A stretch of 64,000 nucleotides of DNA from Octopus sinensis (taxonomy: Eukaryota), in contig NC_043006.1 in NCBI RefSeq assembly GCF_006345805.1, positions 7,068,001 to 7,132,000 on the forward strand, written 5' to 3'. The position numbers and the translations under genes were made by a program. Under the pieces are notes generated by a model. That model worked only from the letters and a program-made list of their open reading frames with translations, ran no database searches and had not been told where the DNA came from. This document shows, one piece after another, positions 36,860-48,460 of this stretch (positions within the stretch are counted from its first letter, which is position 1; each line of letters starts with the position of its first letter).

Positions 36860-37082
36860 TTGTGGGCAATAAAGAAAGAAGGATCTTTAGCACGCCGAGC
36901 GAAATGCTTAGCAATATTTCGTCTGTCTTTACGTTCTGAGTTCAAATTCCGCCGAGGTCGACTTAGTCTTTCATCCTTTCGGAGTCGATAAATTAAGTAC
37001 TAGTTCTGTACTGGGATGGATCTAATTGCCTTGCCCCCTCCCCAAAGTTTTCAGGCCTTATGCCAAGAGTAGAAAAGAATAT
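36860..37082 (+). mobile_element. B1 tail end (36860-36877) followed by a 5'-clipped SINE B2 (36887-37082)
   Basis: ttgtgggcaataaagaaa, then ttagcacgccgagcgaaatgc...caggccttatgccaagagtagaaaagaatatt. Confidence 0.75.
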
Positions 37083-38669
37083 TTGTTTCTTTCGCTGTTA
37101 CGGGTAGTGTCACTGCTACCATTCCCGTGGTTTGTACACGCGCACAGCTGGTTCTTCTCCGTCAAGTAGGCTAAACGTCAACGACGTTCTAGGCTATTAC
37201 CGCCCAAGGTGTCTTTATTTATCACTTATATAGTGTTGAGAAAGTAGAACATCAAAGTCCTGTTGTTTCTTCTCTTTCATTTGAAATGTGATCGAATTGG
37301 CCATTTATTTTCATGACTCAGTGTCGACAAAATAAATATCAGGTAGATTCTAAGGTCAATAAAATCAATTATACAATTGCTCTAAGATATTGTTGCTTTA
37401 TTTCAGAAACCAGGTGTGAACAAGATGCACACTTTGTACAACAAAAAACATCTGTAATCTTTAAGGGAGATAGTGCATTCTTTCTTTTATATATATAATC
37501 CAATATCCTTTCATCAAGTTGACAATTATGTATACATGGTATTGTATTGATTAGATTCACCTGCAGATTCTGAGTTTCCTGTTTAATATCAGCACATGAT
37601 ATATTTATTGGTTTATATTAGATTTCTTTCTAGTAAATTTTTGATATTCCTCACTAACACCTGTACACCATAGTTTCCGTCTTTTGAAGCTGTATTGATA
37701 TACACTTATCTTTCAATAATTTGGGGGTCTCAGCATAAAAAAAAATATGTTACTATAAAAATTGACCCTCTTCGAAAGATAAAGATAACATTTAAAAATG
37801 CTTGTCTTTTTGAATTTATTTATGTAGCTTTATAACTGGAAAAACTGATTAAGATGTTCATCTCTTTTGTTTTCTCCTTCGTCAGGATCAACTTTGTTCA
37901 TTGCAGCTGCTACTTTTGTATCTCTACATTCATTGGTATTTTTTTTCTTTCAACTGCTGCCTGCTTCTATAAGCGTTGTTCACTTTGTTTTCTCTTTTAA
38001 ATGTTTAATTCCGCAGTCGCAGTTATTACTACAGTTACTACTGCTGTTAGCTCTAGTTACCTGTCAATGCCGTTGTTTTCCATATATTTTTTCTACAATG
38101 CAATCAGTATCGGAGCGTTTTGTTTCGTTGCAATAGCAGCAACCTAACTACTACCTAGTTCATTTCCTTCCATTGTTATACCTGAGGTGAGGGTTATTGG
38201 TCTCTCTACTAGAAGCACAATACCATACATCTATTTCCATTGAATTGTATTCAGATTGTTGGATACAACACCTGCTGTCATTTAATTACAAACCTTTATG
38301 TTGAGTTCAATTTCGTTCAGCATCGAATTTCACTTGAATTGATTAGGGTTTTAAAATCCCAGTTTAATGTTTATTTAACTTCAGCATCATTAAAACGAAC
38401 ATCTAGAAGTCTACCCGTTGTTAAAGATATATATTTTAATAATTATTACAAATGAAAGAATGGTAAAGCACCGGACAGAGTATAATGTAGAATTTATTTT
38501 CTCTTAGTTTTCATGTTTAGTTCAATTCGAACCGGCGATTCCCTCATTCGAAACATAGAACCAATGATTCCATTATTAGCAAACATATGCCATACATTCA
38601 AAATTTAAAAACAAGATACAGCAAAAGTAGCGCTAAAATAAAGAAAATAAAACTGGGTTATATGCCATA

Positions 38670-38960
38670 ACCAGTGGTTAGGGCAGCGAACTCGCGGTAG
38701 GAGTATCGTGGTTTCGATTCCCAGACCGGCCGTTGTGTGTATTTATTGAGCAAACATCTAAAGCTATACGAGGCTCCGGCAGGGAGTGGTGGCGACTCCT
38801 GTTGTACTCTTTCGCCCCAACTTTCTCTCACTCTTTCTTCCTGTTTCTTGAGTAACTCTGCGATGGACTGGCGTCCTATCCAGCTGTAGGGGCATACACA
38901 CACCACAGAAACCGGGAAACCGGGCCCATGAGCCTGGTTAGGCTTGAAAAGGGCGCATAT
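38670..38960 (+). mobile_element. SINE family A with a third tail (T3)
   Basis: A head and body, then gagtaactctgcgatggactggcgtcctatccag...acagaaaccggg..., unrelated to T1 and T2. Confidence 0.8.
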
Positions 38961-39033
38961 ATAAATAAAAAAATATATATACTATAAAATATTACAGCAA
39001 ATAGTTACTCCTTGTGTTATTTGTAGAATTCTA

Positions 39034-39468
39034 GGAACTTTTCGGTTTGAACGGCAGTTTTTAACATAATTTCTAGGTAACTAAAAAATTTTAAACTTCG
39101 TATACTGGTAGAATGTGTTTATAAAACATCTTTTTCTCTTAGCTTTATTGAGAAAATTCTATAGTTTGTAAGATATTTTTTCTTCAATTTCTGCAATTTC
39201 AACCAATCAATGACGTCTATTGAGTTAAAAAGCATTCTGTGCCGTATGAATATGTCCCTCGTTTAAGAAAATGATTGGGTTTATTTACATATGTGAAGAA
39301 AAAAAGATACCCTTCCTCACCCCTAACCTTAACCTTAACCTTAACCCTAACTAACCCTAACCCTAAAAGAGATTGAAATGCAATAGATCGATTCTAGGGT
39401 CATAATTATGGGTGACAATTTCATATGATACCGCTTGAAAAAACTGCCGTTCAAACCGAAATGGATCC
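39034..39468. mobile_element. Non-autonomous DNA transposon (MITE), ~29-bp TIRs, 8-bp TSD, internal (CCCTAA)n; Merlin- or hAT-like
   Basis: Ends ggaacttttcggtttgaacggcagttttt / aaaaactgccgttcaaaccgaaatggatcc; TSD gaattcta at 39026-33 and 39469-76. Second copy at 49628. Confidence 0.9.
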
Positions 39469-39552
39469 GAATTCTAGAACTCGTGCATTTTTTGCTCGTT
39501 TTGTCGAACTGGTTTTGGAGGCTATTTTGTTTGGCTATATTTCTTTTTAATT

Positions 39553-39785
39553 AAGACGGCGAGCTGGCAGAAACGTTAGCATGCCGGGCGAAATGCGTAT
39601 CCGTATTTCGTCTGTCGATACGTTCCGAGTTCAAATTTCGCCGAGGTCGACTTTGCCTTTCATTCTTTCGGGGTCGATAAATTAAGTACCAGTTACGCAC
39701 TGGGGTCGATATAATCGACTTAATGCCTATGTCTGTCCTTGTTTGTCCCCTCTATGTTTAGCGCCTTGTGGGCAATAAAGAAATA
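39553..39785 (+). mobile_element. SINE family B1 with a 17-bp TSD
   Basis: tatatttctttt(t/c)aatt at 39536-39552 and 39786-39802. Confidence 0.92.
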
Positions 39786-40385
39786 TATATTTCTTTTCAA
39801 TTCTTTTTGCCATGTCAGCTGAATTTGCTATGTCACACATTCTTTAGTTGCATTTCTCGAAGGCATATTTTTGCATTTTTCATCACTAAGCGCAGCTTTT
39901 TGTATATACATATTTCACAATACGTTTTCCCACCCATCCGTTTACTTTTTGCAGGTACATAGAATGTCCCATGGTTGCAATATTCAATGAGAGCTGAGAG
40001 TGTATTCATGCTCCACTGCTTTCTTTCCTCAGAAGGTATATTCGGTATATTCGGTCTATGTTTGTCATTGTCTGATGCATACGAAGCTTTCTCATCTGCT
40101 TCCGGATTTTGACATCAATTGTGTTAATTTCGAGACGGACCACTTTCTAACCTTGAAGCTGTATGTGATTACACGCATGATCAGCACGATTATGGGCCCA
40201 ATTTTGATTTTTACATTCAACTCTCCGACATCACTCTTTTCTTATGTTTTCTCTCATTTATTGCATCATTTCACCTACTACTTTTAACCGTCACTAGGTT
40301 CTTATTCTTATATTTTGTGATCTCTACCTAGGATGATATTGCATGTGTTCGGTAGATGTCCCTTGGTAGATGTAAACTTGGAGAA

Positions 40386-40618
40386 GGGCGGCGAGCTGGC
40401 AGAATCGTTAGCACGCCAGGCGAAATGCTCAGCGATATTTCGTCCGCTGCTACGTTCTGAGTTCAAATTCCGCCGAGGTCGAATTTGCCTTTCATCCTTT
40501 CGGGGTCGATTAAATACGTATCAGTTACGCACTGGGGTTGACGTAATTGGCTTCAATTCTTTCTCTGTCCTTGTTTGTCCCCTTTATGTCTAGCCTTCCA
40601 GTGGTCAATAAAAAATGA
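40386..40618 (+). mobile_element. SINE family B1 with a degenerate 16-bp TSD
   Basis: atgtaaacttggagaa (40370-85) versus atgtgaacttgcagaa (40619-34). Confidence 0.88.
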
Positions 40619-41554
40619 ATGTGAACTTGCAGAATGTTTCAAGAGCAATTCAATTTTGATGTCTCCCATACATTGCTTGACGGCGAGAAAGTTGTGCCTG
40701 CAGTTGATCATTTTTTGCAAACAGTTTTAAGTCACTCACCCAGAGTAGATGATCAATGATTATTCAATCCACCTTGTATCCGATATTTGTTTTATTCAAG
40801 ATTTTCCTTAGGGAAAACTGTGTTAACAAAAATAACAAATCGAGACTCCTTGAAAGATTCTACAATTAATATTGGCTTCTGAGTTAATTATTGTACCGTC
40901 TGTATTGAGAATCGCTGCCGTTTTTCAGAGTTTGCTAACATGAGATACAAAATTCCAGGTTTCTGGTAAAATTTTGAATGTTCTCTGAACCGAACTGTGA
41001 GGAAGACTACGAAAAGCCTTCTTGTAGTCTATCGAGGCCACTGAGTCATACCTTTTGTTTATTTTGCACCAATCATTGGGAGTCATTTTTTTAATCAATA
41101 GTCGATCTCTGCATCATATGACTCACATTCACAGCCATTTTACCATCAAGGAAAGCTTGTTATTAATGAGGGAGATATATGTCCGTACCACTAATACCGT
41201 ACTAAAATATGAGTTGTGAGTCTGTAGTTCTTAGAAGCTTTTTTCTCATAACTTTTGTAAAACCATTGTCTGTTCATTCCTGCGCCGATTCTAGTGCCTT
41301 CACGTTGTAAAAGCGAGTTGACCTTTTGTGTGAAACAAATAGCTTGGAATCTTTTCTAGGGGCCTTCTATTTACTGAACCTTTTCAATATATGTCTAACA
41401 CCCTTCACTGATTTTCTCTCCTTTGCTCTTCCAAATGCCTAGTGTCAGTTCTATGTTTATTAAATCATAGGGCATCACAGTTAGATTCCATCGTATTTTC
41501 CCAAACTTTACACTCGAATTCAAGTATTTCCTGATTCGAGAGGAATCATGCTGT

Positions 41555-41758
41555 TCATTTCAAAGTGTCTCTTCTTCCTAACCAGAAATTGCTTAGTTTT
41601 TGCAGTGCTTCTGTGATCTGTACCGTTGTTATAAGAGTCCAGAGTCTTTCAGGTGCCGTGTTTGTTATTTTGATAGATCTTTGCTGAGGTTGTTCTTTCG
41701 ACGACCATATTTCTTTCCAAAATTCTTCGACTTCTGCTGTTTGTTCTGCATTGATCAC
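41555..41758 (-). pseudogene. Fragment of the pre-RT region of an R4/Dong-like non-LTR element
   Basis: EVEEFWKEIW...ITTVQITEALQKLSN resembles the FWxxIW...ITxxxVxxAxxKxxNWKAPG segment preceding the RT in this clade. Confidence 0.55.
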
Positions 41759-42050
41759 TCTTCTTCTTCTTCTTCTTCTTCTTCTTCGCCTTCTCCTCCT
41801 CCTCCTCCTTCTTCTTCTTCTTCTTCTTCTTCTTCGCCTCCTCCTCCTCCTCCTCCTTCTTCTTCTTCTTCTTCTTCTTCTTCCTCACCTTCTCCTCCTT
41901 CTTCTTCTTCGCCGTCTCCTCCTCCTCCTCCTTCTTCTTCTCCTTCTTCGCCTCCTCCTTCTCCTTCTTCTTCTACTTCTTCTTCTTTTTCTTCTTCTTC
42001 TTCGCCTCCTCCTCCTCCTTCTTCTTCTTCTTCTTCTTCTTCTTCTTCTA
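41759..42050. repeat. ~290-bp compound (TTC)n/(TCC)n polypyrimidine tract
   Basis: Read directly; source of the poly-S/P, L, K/E and R ORFs. Confidence 0.95.
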
Positions 42051-42794
42051 ATCATTATTATTAATATTATTATCATCATTATCATTATTATTATTATCGC
42101 TCCTGTAGTCAGTAATAATTATTTCTTGTACAAACACGTCCACTATAAACATGGCCGTCCGAGCTTTATCCGTTGCTGATCAATATGGGGAAGCAGATAG
42201 GAACGCGAAAAAGATTTCTTTAAATCGTGTCAAGTCGCTACGATTGATTCATCGAAACTTTGTATATACATATTTTCACACATATTTTATTCTTTTTAAT
42301 TTACTTCAAAAAACATTCATCAAAACTCTTGACCCCAAGATATACTGAACGCTACAAAATTGCATCAAGAATCTATTTTCAAGCAGCATTTGTATACAAT
42401 TCCGCATTAGAATGGATATTGGCGCCTATAAAAAGGATTCGATTAAGAACATTCTACATTTTAGAAGGGATATTTTATTTTGATCAATTACATTATTTTG
42501 AATTGGCAATAAAACGGCGATGTTTTATATACAGAGTATCATGAATCCTTTAGATGTATTTACTTTACAAGATGGCCTTCATCGATGTTGAAAGAGTTGA
42601 AAGCATATTCGGAGGCAGTTAAATATTGTTTGTATCTATCTTTTAATCCATGAATGATCGAAGATTTGGAAAACAATTTTAAATCACTCAATTAACTTTC
42701 AGTAGGATATTTATTAACTGTTGCCATAGTAACGACACTCTAAGCGCACAGAGCAAAGCCGCTTGGTACAGATTGACCTTGAATGCTGCTGTTC

Positions 42795-42970
42795 GTGCAC
42801 ACTACATTTTAACATCCTTGCTCACTTCCACTACATACATCAGTACTTGGAAGGAATGTGTGTAAAGCGTGTGTTCGTCACATTGACCATGGCAGAGTAA
42901 GTTGAGCAGAGAATCTGCATCAACTTTCGCCAACAGCACGGTAATAATTGCGCAGAGGTCTACGCAAAAT
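42795..42970 (+). pseudogene. Mariner 5' region and transposase N-terminus (fragment)
   Basis: ATG at 42889: MAE*VEQRICINFRQQHGNNCAEVYAK, the mariner EQRxxIxF N-terminus. Confidence 0.7.
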
Positions 42971-43595
42971 TTTCATCGTTCTCGATACGTGCCTTTTACG
43001 TCAGCTAAAAGGCGTTTTGGCACAAACATGGCAGGCACGCGTCCCATACCCAAATCATCAGTGAGAACGGGCTGCACTGAACCGTAATTAATCTGCACAT
43101 CCTCTGGTAACTCACGGATAGTGATTCGACGATTTCTCATCACAGCTGCAAGCCAGTCTGCGATGGTTTTCTCATTTCTGCTGGTTGCGCCTCTCCCAGA
43201 ACGTTCGTCAATATCGACATTTTTCGACTTTTTGGAGACGTCTGAACCAAACGTAAACGTCTGTGTGGCTCATAAAGTCGCAGGAGTGGGTGTGTGGCAA
43301 GAAGCTTGCTTCCCTACTATATGGTTCCGTGTTCAGTCCAACTGCATGGCAGATTGGGCACGTGTCTTCTTCTGTAGCCTCGGGCCGACAAAAGCCTTGT
43401 GAGTGGATTTGGTAAACAGAAAATGAAAGAAGCCCTTTCATACACGTTCTGCAATTTGCGTCGGCCTCTGAGCAGGTATCGGCATGAGAACTTTCTCTGT
43501 CATAGATAATGCAATGATCACACGCTACACACCTTTCTACCAAACACTGGTATAAACAGCTGACGTGTGCTAGAAGGTTAAAACATAGTGCGCAT
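42971..43595 (-). pseudogene. Mariner transposase 5' half, interrupted by SINE C
   Basis: MTEKV..HADTCSEADA, then FMSHTDVYVWFRR..DIDERSGR...RNRRITIRELPEDVQINYGSVQPVLTDDLGMGRVPAMFVPKRL. Confidence 0.85.
43280..43435 (+). mobile_element. SINE C left module inserted in the mariner relic
   Basis: Homologous to 34965-35125. Confidence 0.85.
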
Positions 43596-43608
43596 GCTTT
43601 AGCTTATC

Positions 43609-43630
43609 GATGAACACAATGAGAAACGAA

Positions 43631-43670
<40 letters not shown>

Positions 43671-43738
43671 CATATATGTACATACCTAAATCATTTTTTG
43701 TTTTTGTTTTTATGTTTTCGTTTCTCATTGTGTTCATC
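43609..43738. repeat. 28-bp perfect inverted repeat around a (TA)n-rich spacer
   Basis: gatgaacacaatgagaaacgaaaacata / tatgttttcgtttctcattgtgttcatc. Confidence 0.9.
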
Positions 43739-43889
43739 AATTTTTTTATGTCTTGCACCCATATATGCATGTATATATACAAATAGATGTAGGTATGTAC
43801 ATATATGTATATATGCATATATTTATATATTATTTATATTATTATATGATCGAACGCCACGCATTCTTTTCCAAGTAAGTTTTATATAT

Positions 43890-44140
43890 ATGCTACTTCA
43901 TTTTATTAAGCACTGTAAGTATTACAACAGTTTTAAAATGTCTAGCAATCTTCAGCCACATATAGAATTTTATAATTAAACGGACAATTCTCATTTTTAT
44001 ACTTTGTAATGTTGGCAAATGAAATGAGTATAAAAATGTGTATTGTCCGTTTAAATATAAAATTCTATATGTGGCTGAAAATTGCTCGACATTTTAAAAC
44101 TGATGTAATACTTACAGTGTTTAATAAAATGAAGTAGCAT
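43890..44140. repeat. Fold-back palindrome (114-bp arms, 23-nt spacer)
   Basis: 43890-44003 versus 44027-44140, several mismatches. Confidence 0.92.
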
Positions 44141-44205
44141 GAAACGATTGTACTAGGCTACCTTGGATATCCTTGTTGCTTATTTTGATTATATATATAT
44201 ATACG

Positions 44206-44249
<44 letters not shown>

Positions 44250-44629
44250 CATGTATGTATAGAAATACATGTGTATTTGTGTGTTTACAAATAGAGCAAC
44301 GGCAAGTTACATCAGAATTAATAAATAAAAACAGCCAATAAATCACCGATCATCTGAGTAAAATGTTAACATTGCTTCAAGCTTTAAATTAAGCTTATCA
44401 AAAATTAACATTACGTAATTATATAATTATGATTATTCCCAAGGAAACAGTCTGTGATATTTTGCTTCTCAGCATTTCATTCATAAACAAATATATGATA
44501 TGTATGTGTGTGTGTGTTTATGTAAGTGTTTGTGTGCGTGTGGTTTTGTGCCTGTGTGTGTACGTGATGTTTAGAATTCTGTGAGAGTATGTGTGTGTGT
44601 GTGTGTTTATGTAAACACATACATATATA

Positions 44630-44770
44630 CGCGCATAGCGTCGGCCTGTCCTCGTTGAAAGGAGGATTACTTGCAATTCTAGAGCTAATACTTGCAGTCG
44701 AAGGAGCGATCGCTAGAAAGCGGCGATCGGCAGTCGCCACATCTCCACGCTGCTAGCTCCCGGTTGCACT
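44630..44770 (+). pseudogene. Possible 18S rRNA-derived fragment
   Basis: ggattacttgcaattctagagctaatacttgc closely matches the conserved 18S motif GGATAACTGTGG(C/T)AATTCTAGAGCTAATACATGC in a GC-rich patch. I could not align the flanks. Confidence 0.4.
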
Positions 44771-44951
44771 TTAGCCTTAATCACGAGAAAAACAAGATAC
44801 GTCTGGGGCACTTTTGATGAAATTTCACCAGTATTTTCATGTAAGGCTTGTCAGTTGTCCGAGTTTTGTTTTAATAAATTAATGTAGCCAATAAACAGGC
44901 TTTATAAACACAGATGTTTGTCTGCAGGGAAAACCTTCTACCTGCCCATAC

Positions 44952-45130
44952 TCACCTTTCTAGCTTTCCAAATGCAACACTTCCCTTCTCAATTCGATAG
45001 TAAATCTCTGCATCAGGTCCACCATCTCTTGACAGTGTGCGTCCAATGTACATAAAGGTGTCAATGTCTTCTAACCTTATTCTATTCACAAAATTGTTTG
45101 GTTCAGAATATGTTTGTCCTGGCTCAGGAG
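44952..45130 (-). pseudogene. RTE-clade RT fragment
   Basis: RLEDIDTFMYIGRTLSRDGGPDAEIYYRIEKGSVAFGKL matches the FxYLGSxLS...EIxxRIxKAxxAFGxL RT thumb motif. Confidence 0.8.
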
Positions 45131-45162
45131 TAAGCATTACTTTGGTTTTCCCAAGACTATAC

Positions 45163-45241
45163 ATATTCAATCCACTTAATCCCTTTGTCCGTCCTTGTTT
45201 GTCCTCTCTATGTTTAGCCCCTTGTGGGTAGTAAATAAATA
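45163..45241 (+). mobile_element. Isolated SINE B1 tail
   Basis: cttaatccctttgtccgtccttgtttgtcctctctatgtttagccccttgtgggtagtaaa. Confidence 0.8.
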
Positions 45242-45251
45242 TATACATATT

Positions 45252-46001
45252 CAAGCATAGCTCGGCGTAAGTCGTTCTCGATTATAAATCGGTTTTCAAA
45301 ACATTGGAATCGTAAAACCGTTAAAAACACATAAAATCATGTTACTGCAAATAAATGAGAATAAAAGCATATAAAATCTTATTTAGATACGTCGAGTAAA
45401 TGTTAAGAAACAAACCATAAAGTAGTATAGCTTAGTGAACGTAATCATGAAATCAGCTGTGTTATCTTATTTATCAGTCTTTCGGAGCTTATATTGCACT
45501 GTAGTTCCAATATCTACTTTTAGGCGTCGTTGTCACTCATGATTCCCGCGATTGTTTTGAATTCAGATTTGTTTACCTCTAATTATCGGCTACTTCTCAT
45601 TCTCATTCGTTTGTGTCTTTATTTTTTGCTCCCATGGCTCCTAAGAAAATTCATAGTGAAAGTGCTAAGCGTCATGCGATAACGTTGGAAGATAAACTGG
45701 CTATGATAACACGCCATGAAAAAGGTGGAAAAGTGGTAGCAATTGCACGATCTTTTGGGATGAGTCGGACAACTGTATCGACGATTGTACATAATAAGGA
45801 CAAGATTTTAGCACATAACAAACATATCAAATCATGTATTATTGAAAATGCATTCATAAATAAAGTAGAGAACTGGGAATGGTTATTATCCGTTTAGGCT
45901 AGAAACAAGTAAATTCGGCCTAGCCTAGCCTACAGACAAGTTAATTCGGCTTAAATCGTGTCTTCTGGACCCAATTAACGACCTAGGGTGAAGTATGCCT
46001 G
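45252..46001 (+). mobile_element. Tigger/pogo-like internal-deletion derivative
   Basis: The right end reads caggcatacttc in reverse complement, followed by TA. The left end caagcatagctc is degenerate (16/23 match). It contains a CENP-B-type HTH ORF. Confidence 0.75.
45634..45897 (+). pseudogene. Truncated pogo/Tigger transposase N-terminus (psq-type HTH)
   Basis: MAPKK...KRHAITLEDKLAMITRHEKGGKVVAIARSFGMSRTTVSTIVHNKDKIL. Confidence 0.85.
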
Positions 46002-46547
46002 TATACATATATACATACTACATACTATATACAGATGTGTATGTGTATGTGTGTGTGTGTGTGTGCGTTTGTGTGTGTGTGTGTGTATGCCTTTATAATC
46101 AGAAAGATTTGCTTGCTGCCAATAGAATTAGAATAGCATCGCAAAAATGAATTCCAAGAAGTATTCAATTCTTTTTTTTTTTATTTAATGTCGCTTGTAT
46201 GTACGATATGTTCCAGTATGAAATGGGAGAAGATGTCTTCAGCGTTAATGCAATCAACATACGTCATTCTCTGATATTTTTGTATATATGCAAGTGACTA
46301 AGCGAACACAATTCTATCTAACGTTCTCAATTCTAGAATCGTAAATGCGACACTGCGTAACACATTCTTAGATTGAGACTTTGTTTTATTTCCACAGAGA
46401 GTGTATAAATATCAGAAAATAGTGGGCGTTACTGTTGATGTTGTCGTTATATCAACTGCCGCTATTGTCATTTAGTTTGTGTTTATGATTTATTTTGCGG
46501 AGCAACATCTAAAATGCTTCCTTGCGATGATAATATATCTGATAGTG

Positions 46548-46584
<37 letters not shown>

Positions 46585-46724
46585 TATATATATATATATA
46601 TAATATATATATATATATATGTGTGTGTTTCTTAAATGGCTTATAAACACCTTCCACGCTGCAATTGTTTTCGTTTCAGCACACGATCTCAGATCAAATT
46701 ACTTGCTATGCGAGTACATCTCCG

Positions 46725-46795
<71 letters not shown>

Positions 46796-46870
46796 TATAT
46801 ATATATATATATGTATATATGTATATATATGTATATATATGTATATATGTATATATATGTATATATATAT

Positions 46871-46970
<100 letters not shown>

Positions 46971-47158
46971 CAGACGCCATGATAGATCGTTAGCCACTAC
47001 ACACATTTTTTTCTCTCCTTGTATTTTCTGTGTCCCTTTCTGTAGAAGAGCGTAGGCGCGAAACGGAAAAGACTTTTTCTATTCCTGAGCGTTATACTAA
47101 TACATCTGTTTGTTTTGTACAGCACCTCTCTTCGTCTTTTGTTTTTTTCGTAAACTAT

Positions 47159-47161
<3 letters not shown>
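46971..47161 (+). mobile_element. Family D copy
   Basis: Near-identical to 10342-10547; (TA)n on both sides. Confidence 0.88.
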
Positions 47162-47199
<38 letters not shown>

Positions 47200-47228
47200 C
47201 GTGTGTGTGTGTGTGTGTATGTTTGTGT

Positions 47229-47427
47229 GTCTGTTTGTTCCCCCAGCATCGCTTGACAACCGGTGCTAGTGTGTTTACGTCCCCGTAACTTAGCGGTTCG
47301 GCAAAAGACACCGATAGAATAAATAATGGTCTTACAAAGAATAAGCTCTGGTGTCGATTTGCTCGACCATAAAGGCGGTGCTCCAGCATGGTCGCAGTCA
47401 AATGACTGAAACAAGTAAAAGAGTAAA
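47229..47427 (+). mobile_element. SINE C right module
   Basis: Homologous to 35165-35360. Confidence 0.85.
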
Positions 47428-48060
47428 ACAGTATGTATATATATATATATATATATTTAAATATATATATATATATACATACATTTAAGATATGGTTACT
47501 GTTTCTACTACATCACGGTGCGAAGTTAAAGCATCAATCAGTGGCTGGCGGCCTCGAAAACGCAATATAAAACAATCTTGTCAGCAAGTTATCCTGATGT
47601 GTTCTATACTACTTTTAATCTTTTTTTCTTTTTTGTCAGTACTTCAGAAATTCCTGTGAAACAATATTAAACATACACTAGGAAGTATTATTCGCATTCA
47701 TTATGCTAAGGGTTATAGAGATTCATCTCGCATGAATAGTTTTCTCACAACATCCAGGAAATTGAAGAAAGATAGGATTATATACATATATATTACAGCA
47801 ATAAGTGGATACGTGTTTTTCTGCGTGTACATATGCTTATAGATATGTATTCATACATATATACGCAAGCATTTACACAAATATACACATAAGTGTTTGT
47901 GTGTATTGTTAGCGTAGTGTGGTTCGAATAAAGCTTCCTCTGATATTTATTAAAATCGCTTAAAACTTGATACAGAAAAGAATGGTAACAGATCCATGGA
48001 AAACAAGAACACTCCACACTTTACTTTATATCTCCATATTTTTGGTTTAATGGAGGCTGG

Positions 48061-48189
<129 letters not shown>

Positions 48190-48205
48190 GTGTGTCTCTC
48201 TATGT

Positions 48206-48244
<39 letters not shown>

Positions 48245-48264
48245 TATATATATGTATATAATGG

Positions 48265-48415
48265 CTTTGTTTCTCTCCTTGTTTTTTTTGTGTCCCTTTC
48301 TGTAGAAGAGCATAGGCTCGAAACGTTAAAGACTTTTTCTATTCCTGAGCGTTATACTAATACATCTGTTTGTTTTGTACACCACTTGTCTTCGTTTTTT
48401 TCGTAAACTCTCCCT
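48265..48415 (+). mobile_element. Family D copy, hammerhead-like motif at 48296-48331
   Basis: cttt-CTGTAGA-a-gagc-atag-gctc-GAAAC-GTT-aaag. Confidence 0.85.
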
Positions 48416-48424
48416 ATACATATA

Positions 48425-48460
<36 letters not shown>

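Noticed and set aside
37313-38136. Cys-containing short ORF (TDVFCCTKCASCSH) and neighbouring frames
   Set aside because: No recognisable zinc-finger spacing; many stops in adjoining frames.
39322-39365. (CCCTAA)n as a true telomere or chromosome-fusion scar
   Set aside because: It is short, degenerate and internal to a MITE present twice in the window.
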